A stretch of 64,000 nt of DNA, taken from contig NC_058368.1 in NCBI RefSeq assembly GCF_018350175.1, positions 29,328,001 through 29,392,000 of the forward strand, written 5' to 3'. A program made the translations under genes and the position numbers. Numbering within the stretch: the stretch's first letter is position 1; each line of letters starts with the position of its first letter. The stretch comes from Felis catus. Its lineage: Eukaryota. Positions 13,961-26,739 of this stretch are shown piece after piece. The notes below the pieces were generated by a model. That model saw nothing but the letters and a program-made list of their open reading frames with translations. It did no database searches and had not been told where the DNA came from.

Positions 13961-14292
13961 ACCCCTTCTCCCACTATTCTCCATCTGGAAATCTTGATTT
14001 TTCTAATATTTCTACATTTGACACAGTCCTCTTTCCTATATAGGCTTTCTTCACTTCTTTTTGTTTATTCTTTGTTTTCCATTGATGAGTTTACTTCAAA
14101 GTTCCTATCCTCTTCTTCATTTATTCCCTCTTCCATTTGGTCTATTGTGCTGTGGACACTCTCTATTGCATTTTTCATTTTGTTGATTCTTTTTCAGCTC
14201 CAAAATTTATTTGGTTCTTTTTATAAGTGTCTCTGTGTTAAATATCTCATTAAATATCTCATTTTATCTCTGTTAATATCTTATTTTGTTCA

Positions 14293-14524
14293 GGGGAGCC
14301 TGGGTGGCTCAGTCAGTTAAGCATCTGACTCTTGATTTTGGCTCAGGTCATGATCTCGCAGTTCATGAGATGGAGTCCTGCATCGGGCTGTATGCTTACA
14401 GTGTAGAGTCTGCTTAGGATCCTCTCTCTCCCCCTCTCTCTGCCCCTCTCCTGCTCTTGCACTCTCTCTCTCTGTCTTTCTCTCTCTCTCAAAATAAATA
14501 ATAAATATTTTAAAAAAGAAAAAA
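14293..14524 (+). mobile_element. Can-SINE
   Basis: Standard sense structure. Confidence 0.9.
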
Positions 14525-15520
14525 TGTAAATATCTCATTTTGTTCATGTATTATTTTACTCATTTTATTAAATTGTGTTTATGTGTTTTCTTTTTAGCTC
14601 ACTGAAGTTTCCTCAAAACAGCTATTTTGAATTCTTTATCAGCTAGATCACTAAGTTCTGTGCCTTTGATTTTGGTTATTGGACAACTTTTTTTTTGTTT
14701 GGTTTTGATTATGTGTTTCCTTGATTCTTTCAATTCCTTGTAGTTTTTGCATTGCTGCTTTCACATTTGAAGCAGCATAAGATTCTCAGATCTTTATGTC
14801 TTGCCTTCAGGTGGGATATGCTGTGTGTTGGTCCTCTTATATCTGGGTTTTACTCAGACCTTCTATGGATACAATTGCCCCATACTTCTTGCTCCCTCTC
14901 ATGGTATATTTCTTAAGCTTTTATGTCTTCTCTGGTTCTTAAAACACACAAGGCTGGTTTATAGAAACCTTTCTTTTACTTTCCAGAAGGTGGAGATACA
15001 GCTCAAGATTGTGCTTTTTCCCTTGCCTGCAGACCCTGGTCTATTTTTCTGAGAGCAGTCTGTTTACTGGAGAGAGCTCACTCTCACCATCACACTCAGG
15101 AGCCAGATATGGGACAAGTGTAGGTTTAGCACACAGGGCATTGGTAGTGCCTATGCGCCCAGTGGGGGATCCTAGGGTAAGGTTCTTCCAGAGGCTTCAG
15201 GGTAGAATTCCTGCTGAAATCCTGAGTGCAGTCAGCAAGAATGTGTTCTTTAATGCCCTTAGATATTCTTATCTGCATCTTTCCCAATCTCCCTCTTCTG
15301 AATCATGGAGGTCATACCTCAGCACTCTGGGTGCTGCTAGAAAGAAACAGGTTTCTCCAGCAGCATACCTCACAGCAGGGGAAGCCTAGCATTCACTCAC
15401 TGCTCTCTTTCTTACCATGGGGGAGGTCACTGCCAGCTGATCCCATCCCTTGCAGTGTTACCTTGGGGGCGTGGTGACACAGGAAAAGTTCTTACTGTCT
15501 CCAATGTATCCAAACCCTTT

Positions 15521-15538
15521 CTTTCTTTCTTTTATTTT

Positions 15539-15618
<80 letters not shown>
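15521..15618. repeat. (TTTC)n microsatellite
   Basis: Long near-perfect tetranucleotide run. Confidence 0.95.
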
Positions 15619-15619
<1 letters not shown>

Positions 15620-16574
15620 TCCAACAGTGTATTCAAATCTTCCCTTGGGAAGGCTGGGCTTCTACAAACTCCCTATTATCTGTGGGTTTCTGCCCAAGTT
15701 CAGGTTTTCCCCAAATGCAGTCTGGAGGCACTGAGACAGGTTTGCTGGAGTTTTACTGTTTCTGTCACCCATACTGAGGGCTGTCTGGATATTACTGCAT
15801 GCACAGGTGGGCAAGACTACTCCAAGATCCCTTGGCATATGGTGCTGGATCCCACAATGCCTCCCACAGAGGCATTTTTATTTATGGGTGGATGTCTCTT
15901 TAGTTGTTTAATAGGAGGACAAAAAGATAGATGCCTTACACTGTCATGATCCTGGTGTTACTCCCCATATAATCAGTTTTCCATTATTCACAAAATAACT
16001 TGGTGGTATATTGGATGGAGTTGCTTCAATCTATGGATCAATTTGGGAAGAAGAGTGCTACTTTTATTTTAAAAGAGTATTTACAAATTATGAAAAATCT
16101 GAGTCACTCAATGAGCAGCTCTAGGACACAGATATAAAGTTCTTTGAAAGTTTAATGAGTTCTATAATGTATAAACCATATTTAGAGTGTTGGCTTGCCA
16201 CTACTTATGTGCTTAGCTTCTAATTCTTGTTTTTCTTTGGCTTAACTAAAATGAGCATCAACAGATGGTCTAATAAGAGTAGTCTACTGTGTAGGTTTAT
16301 AGAAATGGCAGTGATAAATAAAACACAGTCCTTTTTTCAGGAGTTGCCAATTCAGTTCTTAGAAAAATAACTGCACAAAAATTTGGCATGATATATGTAG
16401 TAATTGTTCTGAGAAATGATTTTGAGTAAGGGAAACTATTATTTTAGGCATTTCCCAGAGAGGAAATACATGCCAGAAAAGACTAGCTGAAACAATTTTA
16501 AGCCCAGTGGAATTATTTGAATGAGAGAGATTTTCACCAATTTTTATTTCTAAAAATTTCAAGCATACAGGAAA

Positions 16575-16783
16575 ATTTTTTAAGTTTATTTTATTTTGAG
16601 AGAGAGAGAGAGCACACTTAAACAGGGGAGGGGCAGAGAGAGAGGGAGAGAGAGAATCCCAAACAGGCTTCCTGCTTCAGCACAGAGTCCGACATGGGGC
16701 TCAATCTCACAGACCGTGAGATTATGACCTGAGCTGAGATCAAGAGTCAGAGGCTTAACTGACTGAAGCACTCAGTTGCCCCC
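16575..16783 (-). mobile_element. Can-SINE
   Basis: TSD caagcataca. Confidence 0.9.
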
Positions 16784-16910
16784 AAGCATACAAAAAAATT
16801 TAAATACTTCAATGAACATTATATATGCCACACATATTTTAATGACTATTAATTTTTTTACATTTGCTTTTCTCTTTTCCCTGTGCTTCCTCCCTCTCTC
16901 CCTCCCTCTT

Positions 16911-16985
16911 CATATATATACATATACATATGTATATATAGTGTACATATACATATATACATACATATACATATATACACATACA
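16911..16985. repeat. (TA)/(CATA) compound microsatellite at the Tigger boundary
   Basis: Read directly. Confidence 0.9.
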
Positions 16986-17040
16986 CAGTTGACATTTGAA
17001 TAATATGGGTTTGAACGGCATGGATCCACTTATGCCTGGA

Positions 17041-17240
17041 TTTTTTTTTTTAATATTTATTTATTTTGGGGAGAGTGAAAGCAGGGGAGGGTCAGAGAGA
17101 GGGAGACAGAGGGTCTGAAGAGGGCTCTGTGCTGACAGGCCAACAGCAGTGAGTCTGATGTGGGGTTGAACTCACAAATCACGAGATCATGCTTTGAGCC
17201 AAAGTTGGATGTTCAACTGACTGAGTCACTCAGGTGCCCC
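17041..17240 (-). mobile_element. Can-SINE inside Tigger MITE
   Basis: TSD atgcctggattttt. Confidence 0.9.
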
Positions 17241-17460
17241 ATGCCTGGATTTTTTACAGTACAGTACTGTAAATGTATTTTCCTTATGGTTTTCTTAATA
17301 ATATTTTCTCTTCTCTAGCTTACTTTATTGTAATAATACAGTATATAATACATATACAAAATATGTGTTAGTCGACTTATCAATTTTATTGATAAGGCTT
17401 CTTGTCAATGTAGGCTATTAGTAGTTATATTTTGGGGGAGTCAAAAGTTATGTGTGGATT

Positions 17461-17671
17461 TTCTTTCTTTTTTTCTTATTGTTTATTCATTTATTTTTGA
17501 GAGCAAGAGTGTGAGCAGGGCTGGGACAGAGAAAGAGAGACACAGAATCCAAAGCAGGCTCTAGGCTCCAAGCTGTCAGCACAGAGCCTGATGCGGGGCT
17601 TGAACCCACAAACTGAGATCATGACCTGAGCAGAAGTAGGACGCCTAACCAACTGAGCCACCCAGATACCC
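17461..17671 (-). mobile_element. Can-SINE inside Tigger MITE
   Basis: Standard antisense structure. Confidence 0.9.
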
Positions 17672-17895
17672 CTACAGGGATCTTCAAATGTGTGGGCAGT
17701 CAGCACCCCAATGCCTGCATTGTTCAAGGGTTATGTTTGTTTTTTCCAATCCAGAATCTAAGATTCATGCATCGCACTTGGTTGCATACTTTTATTTTCT
17801 AGATTAATTCCTCTAGCTTTTTTTCATATAACACTGACTTTTTAAACAATCCAGCAAAATGGATTTGTCTGGCTACTTCCTTAGGTGTTAGTAAT

Positions 17896-18355
17896 TGTGA
17901 TGTTTAATTTCATATGTCAACTTGAGTGGATCACAAGGTGCCTAGATTTGGCAAACATTATTTCTCGGGTGTGTCTGTGAGGGTGTTTCCAGAGGAGATT
18001 AGCATTTGAATTGATAGACTGAGTAAAGCAGATTGCCTTTCCAATGTGGATGGGAATTATCCAATCGACTGAGGGCCTGAATAGAATAAAAAGGCAGAGG
18101 AAGGGAGAATTCACTCTCACCTGACTGAACGGGGACATTTGTCTGTCCTCTTACTGGGACTTGCACCAATGGTGCTCCTGGTTGATATCATACCTTCCAA
18201 CTCTGACAGGAACTACACCACCAGCTTTCCTGGGTTTCTAGCTTGTAGAAAGTGGATTCTGAGACTATATTTGCATGAACCAATTCCTTATTAATAAATC
18301 TATTCATATATATGTCCTATTGGTTTTATTTCTCTGGCATACCCTGAATAATCCA
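17896..18355 (+). mobile_element. MLT2-type ERVL LTR
   Basis: tgtgatgtttaatttcatatgtcaacttga...gtgtgtctgtgagggtgtttccagaggagattagcatttgaatt...accctgaataatcca. Confidence 0.85.
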
Positions 18356-18616
18356 GTGACTTTCATCTATCCCCTTGATATATTATAAATTAAATTAAGC
18401 CTAAAGATTAGTTAAATTCAGGTTAAAAGCATTTGGCAAGATTTTCATAGATAATGTTATAGAGTTCATATTGTATGTATCATATCACATCTGTAAGAAC
18501 ATAATCCAGAAAGTCTCACTAAAATAACTGTCATGTCTCTTTATTGTAATGGTTCATTTTCCAATTAATAATTAGTATGCAATCTGTGGCATCATATAAA
18601 CATTTGGTTCCTTGAT

Positions 18617-19162
18617 GTGGTAGGCAGCTTCTGAGATTATCCCCAATGATCTCTGCTCATGTTATGTACTTATGTAAACTCCTTCCCTTGAATGTGGACT
18701 GAATTTATAGCCTCTCTACTAATAATAAGATATGAAAGTAGTGGTGGGATGTCTCCTCCAAGATTAGGTTATGAAAAAAAAAAAACAACTGAAGTAGCTT
18801 CCACTCCTCTCCTTATCTCTCTGTCCCATCTCTCATGCTGGGGTAGCCTGGCATGGGGAGAACCTGAGGCCCTCATTCCAACAATTCTTTTTTTTTTCTT
18901 TTCTTTTTTTTTCATTCCAACAATTCTTGAGGAACTGTAGACTATGGAAACAGATCCTATAGCACAAGTAGAGGCTTGAGATGACTTCAGTCCTGGCCAA
19001 TAGTTGCCCCCCAACCTCATGAGAAAAGTTGAGTCAGAAAAACCCAGCTAAATCCCAGCTAAATAAATGGATTTCAGGTCTGCAGGAACTGCAGGACAAT
19101 AAATTTTTCTTATTTTAAAGATGCTGAATTTGAGTGTAGCTTGTTTTCCAATGATAAATAAT
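18617..19162 (+). mobile_element. MLT1-type MaLR LTR
   Basis: tgtggtaggcagcttctgagattatccccaatgatc...cccttgaatgtggact...gagattaggtta-like core and typical 3' end. Confidence 0.7.
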
Positions 19163-20615
19163 TGCCCCAAAACTTCGATCTCATGATTGTAGCAACTGCT
19201 AACAATCATTCCCTGACTCAACTCTTATATTGACATTGCAAATGGTGACTTTCTAATTCCACCTTTCTTTCTATTCTTCTGTAAAGAAAGCATTCATTTA
19301 TTTTTTTCCTCAGTTGAAAGATAATTAAATCTTAATTGAATAAATGCCGGTACTTCTACTTTGAAAACAAGATGGCGGGATAGGAAGTCCTGGAATTTTG
19401 TCCCTCTTACAAAAAGACCAACAAGCAACTATTCACAGAAAATAACATCAATGTGAAAATCCTAGAACCCAGGGGTGAGGAACAAGCACCCTTGAACAAC
19501 AAAAATGGATAAAAGCCACATTAGAAGTCTAAAAGGAGTGGTTTCACTTTGACCAACATGCCTCTCCCACAGGCTGGCACAGTGCCACACAGAGTTCCCC
19601 TGGGCCCATGGTTTCTCCAGTGGAGAAAAGGGGGCCTGGGGTTGACATCTAGTTTATCCAGCCTTCCAGCATGCTTCCCAGAGGCTTGGCTCTGTCTCAC
19701 CTCACATGGAACACTGGGAAAATAAGCAGGGCTATACAAAATGGGGTCAGCTAGAAACAAAGAAGAAGGGAAGAACTCACAGCAATCAGTGCAATGATCA
19801 TGCTGTGGCACTGCATTCCTACTGGTGGTGGCGACCCAACCAGAGAACCCAGCTAGTGACTTCATTCACCCATGGATCTGAGCCAGTTGTTCCATCTGGT
19901 CAGGGAACGCAGTTGGCAGTTCTGTCTAGTATTGAATCTCAGTCAACAGTTCAACCCTGCTATGGAGACCATTCTAACACACCAACTGAACAGAAAGCCA
20001 AGCCAGCAGCCTCACCCAATTGCAAAGCATGGCCTCTGGCCCCACCCAACCCAGAGACCCTAACTGTGCAAGGATCCTGGACAGCAACGATGTCTATCTG
20101 TAGAGCTCAGCCTTTAGCCCCACCTGCATGCAGAGCTCAGCCTATGTCCCTGCCTGTTTCCTGAGCACAGCTTGCAAACCCACCTGAACAGAGGGGTCAA
20201 CCAGTGACCTTGACCAGTTGAGAAGCATAGCCTACAGACTCATCTCACCAGGGACCCTAGACAGTTACTTTGCCTGACTGCAGAGCAGTGCCTTTCTCAA
20301 CATCAGAGCACAAGCAATGGCCCTGCACAACTAGAGATCCAGAGCAGTCCCTGCCTTCCAGCTGAGACACCCAGAACCCCAGGCTGGGCTGACTGGGGAA
20401 GATCTTTCCCGATTAAAGTAAACCAGTAAACAATGGAGGAAGACACCTCTTCCTCAAATATGGAAATACCAGTGCAATGATCCAAGAATCATGAGTAATC
20501 GGACAAACATGGCACCATCAAAAGAAACTAATAAAGCTCTAATAGCCCTTTAAAAAATTAGATCTATGAACTGAGTGACAAAGAATCCAGAATATTCATC
20601 TTAAAGAAGTTCAGT

Positions 20616-20842
20616 GGGGGCACGTGGGTGGCATAGTCGGTTAAGCATCCGACTTCAGCCAGGTCACGATCTCGCGGTCCGGGAGTTCGAGCCCCGTGTC
20701 AGGCTCTGGGCTGATGGCTCAGATCCTGGAGCCTGTTTCCGATTCTGTGTCTCCCTCTCTCTCTGCCCCTCCCCCGTTCATGCTCTGTCTCTCTCTGTCC
20801 CAAAAATAAATAAACGTTGAAAAAAAAATTAAAAAAAAAAAA
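20616..20842 (+). mobile_element. Young felid SINEC_Fc
   Basis: Near-intact CpG-rich body; TSD aagttcagtg. Confidence 0.96.
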
Positions 20843-21214
20843 AGTTCAGTGAACGAGATGAAAGCACATATAGACAACTAAATGAAATTAGGAAAGCAAT
20901 ACATGAGCACAATAAGAATTTCAGCAAAGAAATAAAAATCATTAAAAAGAAAACAAATCTTAGATCTCAAGAACACAACGCCTGAAGTGAAATAGTCAAT
21001 AAAGAGCTTCAATAGCATGCCAGCAGTCAGATGAAAGGAGCTGTGAACTTGAAGATACGTCCTTTGAAATTTTCCAATCAGAGAATCAAAAAGAAAAAAT
21101 GAAGAAAGCATATGGGACACCATCAAAGGAAGCTTTATATGCATAATGAGGATCCCAAAAAGAGAAAAGACAGAGACAAAGGACAGAAAGTCTATTTAAA
21201 AGAAAAAATGGCTG

Positions 21215-21338
21215 GGGGCCCCCTGGGTGGCTCATTTGGTTAAGCATCTGACTCTTCATCTCAGCTCAGGTCATGATCCCAGGGTCGTGGGATCGAGCCC
21301 AGTGCAGGGCTCCACACTGAGTCTGGAGCCTACTTGAG

Positions 21339-21392
<54 letters not shown>

Positions 21393-21457
21393 AACCTCTT
21401 CCCCTCTCCCCCACTTGTGCTCTCTCTCTAAAAACTGAAAAAGAAAAAAGAAAAGAC
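21215..21457 (+). mobile_element. Can-SINE with long (CT)n
   Basis: Standard sense structure. Confidence 0.9.
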
Positions 21458-22288
21458 AAGAAATGTCTGGTATCAAGAGCAATGTGTAAAGGAAATAAAT
21501 GTCCAATGCAGTGACATCTACCCACCGACCTCTCCCACCCTCCTCTCTCCCTCTAAAACTTTATTTACTTGGTTTTGACTCACTTGTGGCCTTTTATTAT
21601 ATTTCTAAGGGGCCAGAAGAAGATATTTATGCCACAGAGGTCAGAGGCACTTGAGCTAGGAGGCCGCTCCCCAACTCTGGCATTTGTGGCTTGGGGGTAG
21701 GGGGAGGCATTTCTGGGGAACACAACCAACCTAGATAACAGGAACTCACAGAGCACCAAAAGCTGTGACAAGTTTAGTAGTTTCTAGGTGGGTTATACCC
21801 TTCCCCCATCACATCAGAATCTTGTGAAATAGGAAAACAGAAAGAGTGATCAAAGGAGACAAATCTCACACTTTCCAGGCAGAACAGAGGTGGGAGTCAA
21901 ACCAGGATAAGGGGTGGGTGGACAGTCCTGTTTGAGGTTGTGGCTGATCTCTGTGGAAAGCTTTCCCTGGAGGAGGAAGCTCTAAGAAGAGGGGTACCCC
22001 TCTGTAGGGTCCCCAGGGGATCTTTCCTCCTTCCCCTGCATAAGGCAAGTTGCCTGCCAACCCCCTCCATCAAGGAATGGCCTTGCTTGGGAATGTTCAC
22101 CACACATGCCCTCTTCTATTTTCTAGTCAAACTCTGTTTACTCCTTGGCCTGCCTCCCTCCCTCCCCTCTAATTTACTTCTGATTTCTGTTTCAGAAATT
22201 TGGGATTGAAGTAAAACTACAACAGTGCTGTCAAAACAAAGTCTTTCAGGAAAAAAATACAAAGAAATTTAACAAAAATATATTAATA

Positions 22289-22457
22289 GGGGCATCTGAG
22301 TGACTCAGTCAATTGAGTGTCCAACTCTTCATTTCTGCTTTGGTCATGATCCCAGGGTTGTGGGACTGAGCCCCTCATCAGGCTTTATGCACAGTGTGGA
22401 GTCTGTTTAGGATTCTCTCTCTCTATTTGCCCCACTTCCCTGCTCGTCTCTCTCTCT

Positions 22458-22460
<3 letters not shown>
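22289..22460 (+). mobile_element. Can-SINE whose tail runs into (TA)n
   Basis: ggggcatctgagtgactcagtc head. Confidence 0.88.
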
Positions 22461-22503
<43 letters not shown>

Positions 22504-22634
22504 CACATATATATATACATATATGTATATATATATAATATTATATATATACATATATGTATATATATAATATTATATATATATAAATTCAAATATATAT
22601 GTACACACACACACATACACAGATATATGTATAT
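22460..22634. repeat. (TA)n compound microsatellite
   Basis: Read directly. Confidence 0.95.
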
Positions 22635-23218
22635 TTAAAAAATGGCTGAAAACTTCCCAAATTTAGGGTGAGACTTGGACATCTGGGTTCATGAGTCCCA
22701 AATGTCCCTAAATAGTATGAACCTGAAAAGGTCACCAGGATGCATTAAAGTTGTCAAAAGTCAAAGATAAAGAGAATTTTGAAAGCAGCAACTGATTCAT
22801 CACATACAAGAAGTAACATAAGATTAGCATATTTCTCAGTAGAAAGGCCTCTACTGAGAAAGGCCTCTTGAAGGCCATGAGGGTGTCTGAGAATATATTC
22901 AAACTATTAAAGGAAAAAACTGCTAAACAAGAATATTATACCCAGAAAAACTGTCCTGAGAGACAGTGTACTCTGAAACAAGCAAAAGCTGAGGGATTTT
23001 ATCACAACTTGATCTGCCTTACAAGAAATGGTAAAGGGACTTCTTCATAGTGAAATGAAAGGACTCTAATTAATGATGAAAAACATATAAATAAATAAAT
23101 AAAAACTCAATGGTAAAGACAAATATATAGTCAAAGTCAGAATTTTTTAATGTTGTAATAGTGGTGCATATATTACTTTCAACTCTAATTTAAAAGTTTC
23201 AAAAATTAATATATTAAT

Positions 23219-24366
23219 GGGGCACTTGGTTGGCTCAGTTAGTCAAGTGACCAACTCTTGATCTCAGCTCAGGTCTTGATCTCAGGGTCATGAATTCAAG
23301 CCCTGTGTTGAGCTCCATGTTGGGCATAAAGCCTACTTTTAAAAAAATTAGTGTGTTAAAAATAAATATAACAATAATAATTTGATAGTGGATACACAAT
23401 ATTTAAAATATGTATATTGTAGGAGTGCCTGGGTGGCTCATTCTGTTAAACATCCAACTTTGGTTCAGGTCATGGTTTCACAGTCTGTGGCTTCAAGCTC
23501 CCCACCAGGCTCTGTGCTGGTGGTGCAGAAATTCTGCCTGCTTGGGATTATCTCCCTCCCTCTCTCTGCCCCTGTCCTGTTCGCATGCTAGCTTGCTCTC
23601 TTTCTCAAAATAAATAAACTTAAAAATAAAAAGTGTTGTTATAAAAAAAATGTATATTGTAACAACAACCAAAAAGGGGGGAGGGTATGAGTAAAGGTAG
23701 AGTTTTGTATGCAGTTGAAGTTTTTATTAGCTTAAAATAGGATAATTATAAAATACTTTATGTATGCTGATAGGTTACCACAGAGAAAAAACGTGTAAAA
23801 GAAACACAAAGATTGGGGTGCCTGGGTGGCTCAATCAGTTAAGCACACAATTCTTGGTGGTTCTCATCAAGAATCCCATCCCATGGGATCTCATGGTTCA
23901 TGGGATCAAGCCCCAAGTTGGACTCTGCACTGAGCGTGGAGCCCGCTTTGGATTGTCTCTCTCTCCCTCTCTCTTTGCCTCTCTCCCACGTACGTGCTCT
24001 CCCTCTGTCTCAAAATAAATATACTTAAAAAAAAAAAAAAGAAACACAAAACATTTAAAAAAAAAAAAAAGAATCAAAGTATACCACTACAAAAAAGTTC
24101 ATCACATCACAAAGAAAAATAGCAACAGAGGAAGTACAGAATAAAGGAACTACAGGGGTGACTGGATGCCTCGGTTGGTTGGGCCCTGACTTCTGCTAGG
24201 GTTCTGATCTCGTGGTTTGGTTTGTGAGCTTGAAGCCCACATTGGGCTTGCTGCTGTCAGTGCAGAGCCCACTTGGGATCCTCTGTCCCCCTCTCTGCTC
24301 CTCCCCTGCTTGCTTACATGTGCATTCTCTCTCTCGCCCTCTCAAAAATAAATAGTAAAGAAAAAG
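23219..24366 (+). mobile_element. Four sense Can-SINEs within L1 (about 23219-23347, 23421-23650, 23815-24040, 24155-24366)
   Basis: Each has the gggg..cctgggtggctc head and an A-rich tail. Confidence 0.88.
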
Positions 24367-26739
24367 AATAAAGGAACTTCAAAAATCTGAAAACAATAAG
24401 ACAGCAATAGTAAGTCCTTACATATCAAAAAGTACTTAAACATAAAATCTCCAAGCAATAGCATAGAAAGACTAAATGGGTAAATAACAAATTCCAATGA
24501 TATGCTACCTACAAGAGACTCACTTTAGCTTTAAGGACACAGATAGGTGAAAACTGAAGGTATGGAGAAAAATATTCCAAGAAAATGGACACCAAAATGA
24601 GCAAGGGTAGCTACATTTATATCAGACAAAATAGACTTAATGTAAAAGAGGGTAACAAGAGACAAGGTCATTATATGATGATAAAAGGGTCAATTCATCA
24701 AGAGGATATAAATTGTAAATATTTATACACCCAACATTAGAGCATCTAATTATAAAAAACAAATACTAATGGAAAGGAAAGTAGAAATGAACAAAATAAA
24801 ATAATTATACAGAATTTTAATACTCTACTATAAACAATGGAGAGATCACCTTGACAGAAAATAAATAAGAAAATAGCAAGTGTAAACAATACTATACCAA
24901 ATGGACCTAAGAGACAAACAGACATTCCATCTAATACCAGTAAAATACACATTCTTCTCAAGGGCACATAGAACTTTCTCCAGGATAGATCTTATGTGAG
25001 GCCACAAAGCAACTCTTAAAATTAAAAACGTTGAAATACCACCAAGTATCTATTGTTACCACAATAGTATGAAACTAGAAATCAATAACAGGAGGTTAAT
25101 TAGAAAATTCACAAGTATGTGGAAATTAAACCACACACTTCTGAACTACTAATGGGTCAAAGAAGAAATCAAAGGAAAACCCAAAATATTTTGAGACAAA
25201 TGAATAGAAACAACATACCACAACGTATGAGATGCAGCAAAAGCCATTCTAATAGGGAAGTTTAGAGCAATAAATGTCTAAATTGGGAAAAAAGAAAGTC
25301 TCAAGTAAACAACCTAACTTTACATCTCAAGAATTAAAAAAAAAAGAGAGCAAACTAAATCCAAAGACAGGAGAAGAAAAAAAGTAAGAAAGATTATAAC
25401 AGAAATAAATAAAAGAGACTAGAAAAACACACCATAATCAGGTGAGATTTATCCCTGTGATGCAAGGTTGGCTTAACATAAGCAAATCCATAAATGTGAT
25501 ACATCAATCACATTAACAAAATAAAAGATTAAAGTACATGAACATCTCAATCAATGCAAAAAAAAAAAACCCCATTTGACAAAATTGAAGATCCTTTCAT
25601 GATAAAAGGTTTCAACAAATATGTTATAGAAGAAATGCTTCTCAACACAGTAAAAGCCATATATGAAAAGTCCACAGCTAACATCATATTTAATGGTGCA
25701 AAGTTGGATGATTTTTTTTTTTTTTAAGATTAGGACCAAGACAAGAGTGTCCACACTTACCACTTCTCATCAACACATAATCAACTTAATCATCAGGAAA
25801 AAAGAAATCAAATCCACAATGAGCTGTCACCTCACTTCTGTTAGGGTGATAATATCAAAAAGACAAGAGATAACCAGTGTTGGTGATAACAAGAATGTGG
25901 AGAAATGCTTTATTCAGCACTGTTGGGAGGAATTTAAATTGGCATAGCCCTATGTAACACTATATGGAGATTCCTCAAAAAATTAAAAATAGAACTACTG
26001 TATGATCCAGCAATTCCACTTCTGGGTGTATATCCACAGAAAATGAAATAAATATCTTGAAAATATATCCCCACTCCCATGTTCATTACAGGATTATTCA
26101 CAAGAGCCAAGATATGGCTATAGCCTAAGTATCCATTGATGGATGAGTAAAGAAAATGTAGCATACATATATAATGGAATATTTTTCAGCCATTAAAAGA
26201 AGGAAATTCTACCATTTGCAACAACATGGGTGAACCTGGAGGATATTATGCTAAGTGAATGAAATAAGCCAGGCACAGAAAGTCAAATACTGTATGATCA
26301 CTTATATATGGAATGTAAAAATCTCAAACTCATAAATCCAGAGAATATATGGTGGTTGCCAGTGACTGGGGTTGAGGAAATAGGAACAGGTTGGTTAAAG
26401 GGTATGAAATTTCAGTTGTAAGATGCATTAAGTTCCAGGTGTCTAATGTACAGCATGGTGACTATAGTCAATAATACTGTATTGTATACTTGAAATCTGT
26501 TAAGAGTAGATCTTAAATGTCCTCACCACAAAAAAAATTTTAAAAGGTAACTATGTGAAGGGATGGATGTATTAATTTAGTTGTGCTAATCCTTACACAA
26601 AATATCTTAAATCATCATGTTATACACCTTTAAAAAATCGTGTTGTACAACCTTACTATATATAATTTTTATTTGTCAATAATATTCCAGTAAAGCTGAG
26701 AGGTGGGAGGAAAGAAATGTGTTGTTTACCCCTTACACA

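Larger units (their letters stand above)
13350..15966 (-). mobile_element. L1 ORF1 and 5' UTR (probably part 2 of the 4400-7372 element)
   Basis: ORF1-like antisense sequence followed by a GC-richer 5' UTR; same orientation and expected order relative to 4400-7372. Confidence 0.7.
16986..17735 (+). mobile_element. Second Tigger2a-like MITE, split by two SINEs
   Basis: cagttgacatttgaataatatgggtttgaac...tgcattgttcaaggg; interior homologous to 941-1257. Confidence 0.8.
19365..26705 (+). mobile_element. L1 with both ends and internal ORF2 deletions (L1MA9-like 3' end)
   Basis: 5' aagatggcgg at ~19369, ORF1 remnants, EN region (gctacctacaagagactcacttt), jumps near 25430 and 25770, 3' UTR tacagcatggtgactatagtcaataatactg. 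Confidence 0.88.

Noticed and set aside
15450..15949. 164-aa and 94-aa ORFs rich in FLSF
   Set aside because: They are translations of the (TTTC)n microsatellite inside an L1 5' UTR.
19521..20164. 152-aa and 114-aa ORFs
   Set aside because: They lie in a GC-rich L1 5' UTR and show no recognisable domain.
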